Positions 51,740 through 59,667 of a DNA stretch of 64,000 nucleotides are shown piece by piece. This DNA is from Longimicrobiales bacterium (GTDB lineage: Bacteria; Gemmatimonadota; Gemmatimonadetes; Longimicrobiales; Gaopeijiaceae). The notes under the pieces were generated by a model. The model saw only the letters and a program-made list of their open reading frames with translations, was not told where the DNA came from and ran no database searches. Position numbers and translations under genes: made by a program. Positions within the stretch are counted from its first letter, which is position 1, and each line of letters starts with the position of its first letter. The DNA lies in the NCBI GenBank assembly GCA_965226375.1, contig CBDDCX010000007.1:224001-288000 (forward strand), given 5' to 3'.

Positions 51740-51882
51740 CAGAGTTTCGGCACGATAACGAAGAACCTACCCGGCCAGCACGGAACCGTGCGAAGCAGTT
51801 GCGGGGAATCCTGGGCCAAATGGCGCCCGATGTCCTTAGTGGAGAGGCGCGAGATTGAGGACGACGCGGCGAGGTCTCTTAC

Positions 51883-52386
51883 CTAGGGACACGCGTCTAT
51901 CAGCGCGAGGAAGTCCCCTCGGAGTGAGTTGATCGTAGTCCGCCACATCTCCGGAATCTCGATCTCGCGACCCCGGCAGGCCAATCCGTGGTAGGTGTCC
52001 CATTCGGCGTCCCCCAGCACACCTATCTGATGCTGAACGTAGGCGTTCTCCATGTTCCGCCAGAACACCCGCCGCACGTTGAAGTATTGGAGCTGATCGA
52101 GGCCGCTTAATCGCTCTCGGAGCGAGTCGTTGCTGGCCCTGTACATGATCAGAGAGAGATCGGGGTCTGTCCCGATCACAAGCAAATACTCGTTAGATGC
52201 CCGAATCATCTCTTGGTACGTCGCCGCTCGAGAAGCGGCGGTGTTCTGGCGGATTTCGAGGCCGACGAAGACAAGGGAGACAATCACTGCGATGCCGCCG
52301 AAGACCTCGGTCAACGACGTTAGTCTCGAAGGTGCTTTTGCCAAGCCGGCCTCCTCTGGCTTCTTCGTGGGACGGCGAAAGCCCAT
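51883..52386 (-). CDS. Hypothetical protein (putative cassette gene)
   Basis: ATG directly follows GTTATCGGAC. IAVIVSLVFVGLEIRQNT membrane anchor. Confidence 0.65.
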   Translation of the reverse strand: MGFRRPTKKPEEAGLAKAPSRLTSLTEVFGGIAVIVSLVFVGLEIRQNTAASRAATYQEMIRASNEYLLVIGTDPDLSLIMYRASNDSLRERLSGLDQLQYFNVRRVFWRNMENAYVQHQIGVLGDAEWDTYHGLACRGREIEIPEMWRTTINSLRGDFLALIDACP

Positions 52387-52540
52387 GTCCGATAACGGGC
52401 TCACGCGCTCCCGCGCGGAGTGAGCGTCGGCGAACGGAGTGCCCCGAAGGGACGGGCCCGTTGGTCTCCACGATAGTGTCACAACAGGTAATGCGCGAAG
52501 GCGCGCCGAAGGGTCCGGCGGGAGAGCAGCGTTAACCGAC
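52387..52540 (-). repeat. attC-like site (long form)
   Basis: GATAACGGGCTCACGCGCTCCCGCGCGGA ... TCCGGCGGGAGAGCAGCGTTAACC. Confidence 0.75.
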
Positions 52541-52557
52541 GTACCGACCTAGCGTTC

Positions 52558-52785
52558 TCAGACGTGTCCGAACATTTGCTCGAAGAGTTCACGTGAACGC
52601 TGCAACCCTTCTTCGGTGAGGGCGACAGATTTCCTCTTCGAAATCGGATCTCCAATCATCCCTTTCTCATGGAGACGGTTTAGAGCCTCCCAGTCGAACC
52701 CCTGCCAGGAACGGATTCCGTCATGCAGCGTCAGCCACATCAAAGCCAGAACGGCCTCGTCGACTTTTGTCTCGTCGAATTCCAT
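52558..52785 (-). CDS. DUF6429-like small protein (putative cassette gene)
   Basis: KVDEAVLALMWL...WQGFDWEALNRLHEKG...KSVALTEEG. Confidence 0.75.
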   Translation of the reverse strand: MEFDETKVDEAVLALMWLTLHDGIRSWQGFDWEALNRLHEKGMIGDPISKRKSVALTEEGLQRSRELFEQMFGHV

Positions 52786-52821
52786 AAAGTGCCATCCATG
52801 AACTCACTGTTCATCCAGTAT

Positions 52822-52871
52822 GTCGTCTAACGGGCTCACGCGCTCCCGCGCGGAGAGCGGCGTTACGCGAC
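52822..52871 (-). repeat. attC-like site (short form)
   Basis: GTCTAACGGGCTCACGCGCTCCCGCGCGGAGAGCGGCGTTACGC. 28 bp are identical to 52393-52420. Confidence 0.75.
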
Positions 52872-52886
52872 GCGCGTACGCGCAAA

Positions 52887-53141
52887 CTATCGATACACGT
52901 CTCGGCGGTGGCCAATCTTCACGACGATGACGACCTGGGCGTCATCGTCGACTTCGTACAAGACACGATGGGATCCCTGGCGTACCCGATACCGAGATCC
53001 ACTCGTAAGCTTCTCACAGCCACGAGGCCGGGGGTCCTCGGCCAGAGCATGGATGCGCTCAACGACCCGGCCGCGATCCGCTTCCTGGAGAGCTTTCAGT
53101 TCTTTGACGGCAGAGGGCTTGATCTGGAGATCATAGCTCAC
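52887..53141 (-). CDS. RelE/ParE-family toxin
   Basis: DPRPRGCEKL, YRVRQGSHRVLYEV, KIGHRRDVYR. Confidence 0.92.
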   Translation of the reverse strand: MSYDLQIKPSAVKELKALQEADRGRVVERIHALAEDPRPRGCEKLTSGSRYRVRQGSHRVLYEVDDDAQVVIVVKIGHRRDVYR

Positions 53142-53364
53142 CGCTCTGCCTCATCTCCTGCAGCACATCGGAGAAGGAGAGGCTTGGCTCGTTCGCGCGT
53201 GCCTCAAACGCCTCGAGATCCTCTGCGTCTTCAGAGAGAATCCCGAGGACTGCCTCGTTCACGAGGTCGGATACACTTTGCTCCGTCTCGGCGGCTTTGA
53301 GTCGCAAGGCTCGATGTACTGAAGGAGAGAAGTAGACCGTCGTTCGCTTTGTTTTCGTGCTCAT
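53131..53364 (-). CDS. CopG/RHH antitoxin
   Basis: KRTTVYF...ALRLKAA...SVSDLVNEAV with an acidic C-terminus. Overlaps the toxin start. Confidence 0.85.
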   Translation of the reverse strand: MSTKTKRTTVYFSPSVHRALRLKAAETEQSVSDLVNEAVLGILSEDAEDLEAFEARANEPSLSFSDVLQEMRQSGEL

Positions 53365-53415
53365 GCTGCCACTATAGCGTTATAGCGCCACAACGTCCAG
53401 ACGTTTTTCTAGCGT

Positions 53416-53567
53416 GTCGCGTAACGGCCCCACTCCCGACACCCTTGTCTCAAAGCAGGCATTCAGCGCCCGTATTGCGACGTATGTCGGTATGGCCTTA
53501 TGTGCGACGTGGGGAATTCCGCACCGCACCGTCCAACTCCCCAGCCTCGGGAGGGGCGCGCTCAGAC
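53416..53567 (-). repeat. Integrase-proximal att-like site
   Basis: GTCGCGTAACGGCCCCACTCCCGA ... TCGGGAGGGGC. The first 10 bp are the exact reverse complement of 52862-52871. Confidence 0.6.
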
Positions 53568-53613
53568 TAGGCACATTACCAACGATCCGCCACCCGCCAC
53601 ACACAACTCCCGC

Positions 53614-54537
53614 CTACTCCTCGTCCTTCTCCTCAGGGCCCCCGAACAGCGTATCCGCAGGACTGATCACCTTTACCAGAGCTTGGTTCGCCACATGCGT
53701 GTAGATCTCGGTGGTCGCCGACTTGGCGTGTCCCAACAGCTGTTGGATGTAGCGTTGTTGCGTCCCACTCTCAACGAGGTGCGTTGCGAACGAGTGCCGC
53801 AGTATGTGTGGAGTGACCGTCCTCCGGATTCTGGCTCGCTCAGCGGCCTTCTTCACAACGCGTTGGAGGCTCCGAGCGTTGTAGTGCCGATCGGGCCTTT
53901 CTCCTGGAAACAGCCATTTGTCCAGACGCTCAGTCCGCGCGTAGTCCCTGAGAGCTTCGAGGGTCACGGCGGAGAGCATCACATACCGGTCCTTCCGCCC
54001 TTTTCCCTTTCGCACTCTGATCATGCCACGGTCGGACTCGATGTCAGTGACCTGGAGGCGGATCACTTCGCCGACGCGTAGACCGCCGGAGTAGAGCACC
54101 AGCAGCATCGCTCGGTGCTTCAAGTTGGTGACGGCGTCGATGAGGCGCCGAACCTCGTCGCGGCTCAGGACCTTCGGCAACGATTTGTCTCGTCGCGGCC
54201 GAGGCAGCTCGAGCTTGGCGACCCCTCTACGCAGCACCTTCGAATGCAGAAACTTGAGCGCGCTCACCGCCTGATTCACGTAACTATACGAGCAGCCCTC
54301 ACGCATCAGACGCAGCAGCCACGAACGCATTTCCTCGGTCGTGGCGTTGGGGTCAGCGCTCGTCCGTCCCAGATAGAAGCGTTTGACGTGTGATCCGTAC
54401 AGCCGGCGTGTCTGTCGGGAGAAGCCGCGAAGTCGCATTTCCTCGTCCATGCGATCGAGTTGGTCTCCCAGCCACTCGGGTGCGTCGCCAGTCTCGGTCC
54501 TTTTTCGGTCGCGGCCCGTCCCTCGTCTCTTCGCCAT
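53614..54537 (-). CDS. IntI-like tyrosine recombinase without the integron-specific insertion
   Basis: SAM-like N-terminus (MRLRGFSRQT..Y, NQAVSALKFL), LPKVLS, GLRVGE, GKGRKDR, HILRHSFATHL, LLGH, IYTHV. Confidence 0.9.
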   Translation of the reverse strand: MAKRRGTGRDRKRTETGDAPEWLGDQLDRMDEEMRLRGFSRQTRRLYGSHVKRFYLGRTSADPNATTEEMRSWLLRLMREGCSYSYVNQAVSALKFLHSKVLRRGVAKLELPRPRRDKSLPKVLSRDEVRRLIDAVTNLKHRAMLLVLYSGGLRVGEVIRLQVTDIESDRGMIRVRKGKGRKDRYVMLSAVTLEALRDYARTERLDKWLFPGERPDRHYNARSLQRVVKKAAERARIRRTVTPHILRHSFATHLVESGTQQRYIQQLLGHAKSATTEIYTHVANQALVKVISPADTLFGGPEEKDEE

Positions 54538-54719
54538 CACGGACGCTCCCACCGGGGGCAGGGCGATGCCATGGCTCTTTCGGCGGGCGTACGGGCCGGA
54601 CACGGCGATACGCCCCGAACCGGACGCGGCCAATCCCCAATGACGGCTTCCGCGATAACCGAGCCTACTATACAATTAGTTGACACTCGACGGATCCGCC
54701 GTCTGCTTCAGGAAGCCCA

Positions 54720-56438
54720 ATGCTCATTGGACTGATCGCCGTGCTCTTGACCCTGGGGTCCTTGACGGCCCCGGGACACGCTGACCGGGCAACCCTCGCT
54801 GCGGGGGATTTGCAGGGCGAGATCCACGATCTCGTCGCCCAAGGAGATCTGGAGGCCGTCCGGGATCTACTGACCGAGGACCCCACACTACTCGAGTCGA
54901 GAGATGGCCTCGGCCACACCCCGCTCCATACGGCGGCGATCGAGGAGAACCCGGCGATCGTGCGCTTCCTGCTCGAGGCGGGGGCGGAGGTGGATGCCCG
55001 GAATGATCGCCAGCGCACGGCCATCTGGTTGGCCGCGTGGCAAAACGACGGGGTAGAGGTCGTCTCCCTCTTGCTGGCTCACGGGGCAGATATCGAGGCC
55101 GTTGGTTTCCTGGGCCAAACGCCTCTGTCGGCGGCCATCGTGGGTCGAAGGCATGTGGTCGTCGATGTGCTTCTCGACCAAGGGGCCTCACTTCCAACCG
55201 AAACGGGCCCCCGGATCGAACTCATGTATCGCGCAGTTACGCACGGCAACCTCCGGGTGTTCGAACGGATGTTCGAGGTCCTTCCAACCCTCGATCCCGC
55301 GAGCGAAGAGGCGGCCGACTTACTTTGGGGTGCGGCCGAGGGTGGCTCGGGGGCGATCATGGAACGCCTTCTCGCGACCGGCATCGACCCCGACTCGCCG
55401 GATGCCTACCAAGATCGGCCCATTCATACCACGAGTCAGAGCGGGTTCACCGAGGCGACCCTGGCGCTGATCGGGCGGGGAGCCGACCTGAACCGGCGAA
55501 ACCTGACGGGTGACTCTCCCTACAACCTCGCGGTGGCGTACGAACACACCGAACTAGCCGCACGGCTGACGGAGTTGGGAGCGGATTCGGGTCCCCCTGA
55601 GCCTCCCGTTTTACAAGGCGACTATCTGGGCGAAACGCTTCCGGGCGGGGAGCCCGTGGTGTTTGCTCCGGGCATTGTCTCGAGGGAGGGTTCACAGAGC
55701 GTTCACGCGACGACCGTCTTTTCTCGGGACGGTTCAGAGGTGTACTGGTCGGACGCTTGGCAGGCCCCGATCTCATATATGAAGCGGGTGGATGGTCGCT
55801 GGACGATGCCGGCCCATGTCCCGTTCACGACCGGATACATCGACGACATTCCGATGTTCTCCCCGGATGAGAAGCGACTGTATTTCCTGTCGTCCATGCC
55901 GATCGACGGCGGCGAGGCCAGTAATCGCGAATACCTCTGGTACGTCGAGCGGGAGAGCCCGGAGGACCCGTGGTCCGAGCCCATTCCCGGGCCCGCCGCG
56001 ATCAACGCGGTCCCCCTCCATTGGCAGTTCGCGATCGCGCCCAACGGAGATTTCTACCTACCGGCCGCGACCGTAGGAGGGCAGGGCAGGGACATTCATG
56101 TCTCCCGGTTGGTGGACGGCGAATACCAGAGTGTGGAGCGAATCGAAGGCCCGCTGAACACATCGGGCGATGAGCACATGCCGTTCATCGCGCCGGACGA
56201 GAGTTATATGCTGTTCGCCGCCCGGAATCGCCCCGGCACGGACGAACACTTCCGGCTCTACGTCAGCTTCCGGGGGTCGGACGGTTCGTTCCAGGAGCCG
56301 GAGCTCCTTCCTGAACGTATCACCGGAGGATGGGACCAGATCTGTCCGGTGGTGACTCCCGATGGCCGGTACCTCTTCTACATCTCAGGGAATGACGTTC
56401 GCTGGGTGAGTACGGAGTTCGTCGAGGGCCTTCGTTGA
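54720..56438 (+). CDS. Exported ankyrin-repeat protein with C-terminal PD40/TolB-like propeller
   Basis: Signal peptide, GHTPLHTAA-type repeats, FAPGIVS, FSPDEKRLYF, VTPDGRYLFY. Confidence 0.85.
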   Translation: MLIGLIAVLLTLGSLTAPGHADRATLAAGDLQGEIHDLVAQGDLEAVRDLLTEDPTLLESRDGLGHTPLHTAAIEENPAIVRFLLEAGAEVDARNDRQRTAIWLAAWQNDGVEVVSLLLAHGADIEAVGFLGQTPLSAAIVGRRHVVVDVLLDQGASLPTETGPRIELMYRAVTHGNLRVFERMFEVLPTLDPASEEAADLLWGAAEGGSGAIMERLLATGIDPDSPDAYQDRPIHTTSQSGFTEATLALIGRGADLNRRNLTGDSPYNLAVAYEHTELAARLTELGADSGPPEPPVLQGDYLGETLPGGEPVVFAPGIVSREGSQSVHATTVFSRDGSEVYWSDAWQAPISYMKRVDGRWTMPAHVPFTTGYIDDIPMFSPDEKRLYFLSSMPIDGGEASNREYLWYVERESPEDPWSEPIPGPAAINAVPLHWQFAIAPNGDFYLPAATVGGQGRDIHVSRLVDGEYQSVERIEGPLNTSGDEHMPFIAPDESYMLFAARNRPGTDEHFRLYVSFRGSDGSFQEPELLPERITGGWDQICPVVTPDGRYLFYISGNDVRWVSTEFVEGLR

Positions 56439-56472
56439 TCGGTGGAAACGGCCAGGGCCGAATCGGACCTAG

Positions 56473-56895
56473 CTAATCCCCCCAGGGATTGAGAACAGGC
56501 ACGCCCCGGTCAGCGTAGTCGCCAGCGTTGCGGGTGACCAACGTCAGGTCATGTACCTGGGCGGTGGCCAGCATGAGCCCGTCCACCACGGGCAGTTCTC
56601 TCCCGACGCGCCTTCCCTGGGCAGCCAAGCGGCCCCACGCGAGAGCCACGGCGTCATCGACGGCGAGCACGCGTCCCCGGAATCGTGGGCCCAGGTCCTG
56701 CTCCAGCCACTCCGTGAGCACTTCCTTGCGGCGCCCGGGGGCCATGAGCGCCACGCCGTTCGCAATCTCTCCCAACACGAGGACACTGATGGCGAGGTCC
56801 AGGGGGGTGTGATCTCGGAGCCACTCCACCACGCGCGGGTGCGGGGCCGGGCGCGCCGGCTCTGAGAGCACGTTGGTGTCCAGCAGATATCGCAC
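56473..56895 (-). CDS. VapC PIN-domain toxin
   Basis: YLLDTNVLSE, DGLMLATA, LVTRN. Confidence 0.92.
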   Translation of the reverse strand: MRYLLDTNVLSEPARPAPHPRVVEWLRDHTPLDLAISVLVLGEIANGVALMAPGRRKEVLTEWLEQDLGPRFRGRVLAVDDAVALAWGRLAAQGRRVGRELPVVDGLMLATAQVHDLTLVTRNAGDYADRGVPVLNPWGD

Positions 56896-56952
56896 AGTAG
56901 AGTCCTGAGTTGGGAGTCCGGCGTGCCACCGAGGGCGCCTAAGCACCGCCCT

Positions 56953-57210
56953 CTAAAGCGACACGTCCCGTCCGACGTCTCGGGACCGCTCCAGAACCAG
57001 GGTGCCATCCGCCATCGCTTCTGCGAGAGGAGATGCCTTCAGGAAGGAGACCAGGTCGCCCGGCTCGGCCAACTTCTCGTATTCCTCCGCGCTGAGAATC
57101 ACGACGGCCTTACGGCCGTGGCGGGTCACGAGCTGCGGGCCCTCAGAGCGAGCGCGGCGGACCAGCTCGCTGAACCGATTCTTGGCATCTTCGAGTTTCC
57201 ATCTCGTCAT
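56953..57210 (-). CDS. Phd/YefM antitoxin
   Basis: WKLEDAKNRFSELV, GPQLVTRHG. Confidence 0.92.
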   Translation of the reverse strand: MTRWKLEDAKNRFSELVRRARSEGPQLVTRHGRKAVVILSAEEYEKLAEPGDLVSFLKASPLAEAMADGTLVLERSRDVGRDVSL

Positions 57211-57361
57211 CGCGTCCTCATCTAGTCACTTTGGCCTGATCTGAGTCTGGCTAGTCTAGCTAGATGTGTCAATGGTGGCAGTGGCGTCGCTACAAGTTCG
57301 CCTCGATCGCGGGCGGGAGAATGCCCTGACGGGACCCAGAATATCAGACGCACGATTTCTC

Positions 57362-57390
57362 TACGTATGTTTGGAATCGAAACATACGTA
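57362..57390. repeat. 29-bp perfect-arm palindrome (11-7-11)
   Basis: TACGTATGTTT GGAATCG AAACATACGTA. Confidence 0.65.
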
Positions 57391-57421
57391 CGTCTCCGAA
57401 GGACTTGATCGCCCGGTACCG

Positions 57422-58768
57422 TCACGGCTCAAAGTTCAACAGCGCATGCCTCCGTTCGGGGATCCGCGACCAGGGGTCCACCTCTACGACCCGGTAGAGT
57501 GGGGAGTAGCCGAGCTTCAGCTTGAGCTCCTGCACGGCCTCTCTGAGGGCCGAGGGAACGATACCCTCCGACAGCTCCCGTCCGCCCTCTTCTCGGCTGC
57601 TGGATTCTGCTCGGTCGAAGAGATCGTTCTGGGACGTGGCGGGACCGAACTGGAAGAACTCGACGGTGAGGGCTTCCACGGCACGGGGGGGAGGAGACAG
57701 GGCCATCCGAGTCCGCAGGACGAACGCGATTCGCTCGCGATGTGCCGTGGACTCCCGAAGAACCGTTTCCATGGACCACGAGCCTCCACCCTCGAGGCGA
57801 GCCGCCAAGCCGACCCCTTGTATGCTCCGGCCCTGACGCTCCGGACGGGCCAGCGCCCGTTCCAGAAGACGGTCCAGAGCACCGTGGAGCGTCTGCACCT
57901 GACCCACGGGAGTATGGAAGTCCAGGGAAGAGCGGATCGGTTGGGGGCGATGATTCGGTTGTACGGGATCGATGCGTTCGCCGGTGGCCCATTCCCGAGC
58001 CTTTCGTCCGTCCGACCCGAACTGGCCGACGAGGGCTGGGGTCGGGAGACGGATCAGGTCGTCCAACGTGTCGACACCGAGTCGTTCGAGCCGCTCGATC
58101 ACCATCGTATCCACGGGGAGCACGGAGACGGGGCAGGGGCCCAGGAAGGAGAGGAGCTCTTCGTCTCTCACGATCACGGGCTGTCCGGGCCCCGCTCCGG
58201 CCGCGGCCACCCAGGCTCCGAATTTGCCAGGAGCCCATCCCATTCTCATGGCGGCCACCAGTGGGCGAGGGAAGATGGTGAGGAGGGCTCCGAGGACTCT
58301 GTCGACCTGGCGAGGTGGTGAGCCATAGAGTCGTCCGAGTCCGTCCATCCCCACGAAGACCCTTCCGCGGCCGGCCGGCTCCACGATGGGGCTCAGGTTC
58401 GACAGTGTCTCGAGAAGCTCTTCCTGGGCCGCGTCGTAGTGGGCCGGGTCTGGTTCCAGGAGGGTGAGGGAGGGACAGAGGGCGACGGCCTGGGAGATGA
58501 GTTGTCCGGGGCGTACGCCTGCGATGGAGGCTCGCTCCGAGACCTGCCAGACCGTTCTCCGGGTGTTTTCGCCGGGGGAGAGGAGGGCTACGGACGTGGT
58601 GTCCAGCTCCGGGGTTCGAACCAGCTCCAGCCGAAGCTCGAAGGTGGGTAGCCAGGCACAGAGGGCTTGGCGGCTTCCTCGGCGGGTGGTGGTGGTGCCC
58701 CTGGTCTCCCACCCGCGAACGGCCGGATGGGTGGGACCACTATACACACGAGAACGGGGCTCTGACAT
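57422..58768 (-). CDS. imuB: ImuB-like inactive Y-family polymerase
   Basis: GVRPGQLISQAVALCP, SPIVEP, LERLGVDTLDDL and C-terminal PWSRIPERR. Catalytic DxD/DE motifs are absent. Confidence 0.8.
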   Translation of the reverse strand: MSEPRSRVYSGPTHPAVRGWETRGTTTTRRGSRQALCAWLPTFELRLELVRTPELDTTSVALLSPGENTRRTVWQVSERASIAGVRPGQLISQAVALCPSLTLLEPDPAHYDAAQEELLETLSNLSPIVEPAGRGRVFVGMDGLGRLYGSPPRQVDRVLGALLTIFPRPLVAAMRMGWAPGKFGAWVAAAGAGPGQPVIVRDEELLSFLGPCPVSVLPVDTMVIERLERLGVDTLDDLIRLPTPALVGQFGSDGRKAREWATGERIDPVQPNHRPQPIRSSLDFHTPVGQVQTLHGALDRLLERALARPERQGRSIQGVGLAARLEGGGSWSMETVLRESTAHRERIAFVLRTRMALSPPPRAVEALTVEFFQFGPATSQNDLFDRAESSSREEGGRELSEGIVPSALREAVQELKLKLGYSPLYRVVEVDPWSRIPERRHALLNFEP

Positions 58769-58791
58769 GGACAAAACGGCCTTGAGCGGAT

Positions 58792-58808
58792 ACCGAATAA
58801 AAACCGAA
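58792..58808 (-). promoter_or_regulatory. Candidate operator upstream of imuB
   Basis: ACCGAATAAAAACCGAA, about 24 bp upstream of the start codon. Confidence 0.65.
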
Positions 58809-58886
58809 AGTCCAAAGTACTTCGAAGAGAAAAGAAGAGCAAGCAGATCTCGATGTGGTTGGATGGATTCCGTGAAGATTCGCGAG

Positions 58887-59660
58887 CTACTCGCCGCTCG
58901 AACCGCCTTCGTCTTGCCCCGGATCGAGCGCCGCGGGCTCGGATCCACCCTCCTCCAGAGCTTTTTCCGCCGTCCGCGACGCCTCGTCCATGATGGCTCC
59001 CAACTTCCGACGGAATGCGACGCTCGTGCGGCTCCAGATCGTCCGAGCTACGATGAACGCGCTTCCGAGCGTGCTTCCGAAGATTCCAGCGACCCCAAGC
59101 GCGGTGGTAGGCTCAATGACCTTGGCAACGAGGATCAACGAGCCTAAAAGGGCGGCGAAGGTTGGGATGAAGTACGTGAGCGCATATGCGGTCCTCCGGT
59201 CTCCCAGCACCTCGATGGTCGTGCCCGTGTCACGGGCGCTGACGTTCACGAAGATCTGGCTCGGCTCTTCTATGGTTTGCCACTCCAAGGAGTCGAGAAC
59301 GTGCTCGGTTTTTCCTTGATGGCCCGCCGCCCGGCGGATCGCCTGTAGTATCCGGCTCTGAGCCTCTTCGGAAACCTTCCCGGGGAGCGTCCGCTCATGA
59401 CGATACCTGGCCGGCCCGCCGAAGAAGGCGACAAGCCTGTCGTGACTTTGCTCCGGTAGGCCGGCGGCGGCCCGTGCGACGGCCGTCGGATCGATTCCCG
59501 CCTCTCCGGCGATCTGCTGGATCTCGGACAGAGACAACCCGCCGCCGGGCCGTGCATCCCCCACCTCGCTGATCTCCGAGGCCCTTCGGAGGATCAACGC
59601 GAACTCCTCATCGGAGTAGCGGCGTCCTCCCTCGTCGTCCCCGCTCATGAAATTCTCCAT
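58887..59660 (-). CDS. Hypothetical membrane protein
   Basis: RRYSDEEFALIL...LSEIQQIAGEAGIDP N-terminus and two C-terminal TMs. Confidence 0.65.
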   Translation of the reverse strand: MENFMSGDDEGGRRYSDEEFALILRRASEISEVGDARPGGGLSLSEIQQIAGEAGIDPTAVARAAAGLPEQSHDRLVAFFGGPARYRHERTLPGKVSEEAQSRILQAIRRAAGHQGKTEHVLDSLEWQTIEEPSQIFVNVSARDTGTTIEVLGDRRTAYALTYFIPTFAALLGSLILVAKVIEPTTALGVAGIFGSTLGSAFIVARTIWSRTSVAFRRKLGAIMDEASRTAEKALEEGGSEPAALDPGQDEGGSSGE

Positions 59661-59667
59661 GATATGC

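Noticed and set aside
51749..51880. GATAAC as another att site between the PadR pair and the next gene
   Set aside because: The position fits, but no convincing partner arm or GTT box was found.
53614..54537. Calling the recombinase XerC/XerD or a canonical intI
   Set aside because: The accessory context argues against a housekeeping Xer, and the missing IntI-specific insertion argues against a canonical intI.
57266..57273. GTGTCAAT as the complement of the GTTGACAC box at 54679
   Set aside because: Better explained as the -35 (TTGACA) of the Phd-VapC promoter on the minus strand.
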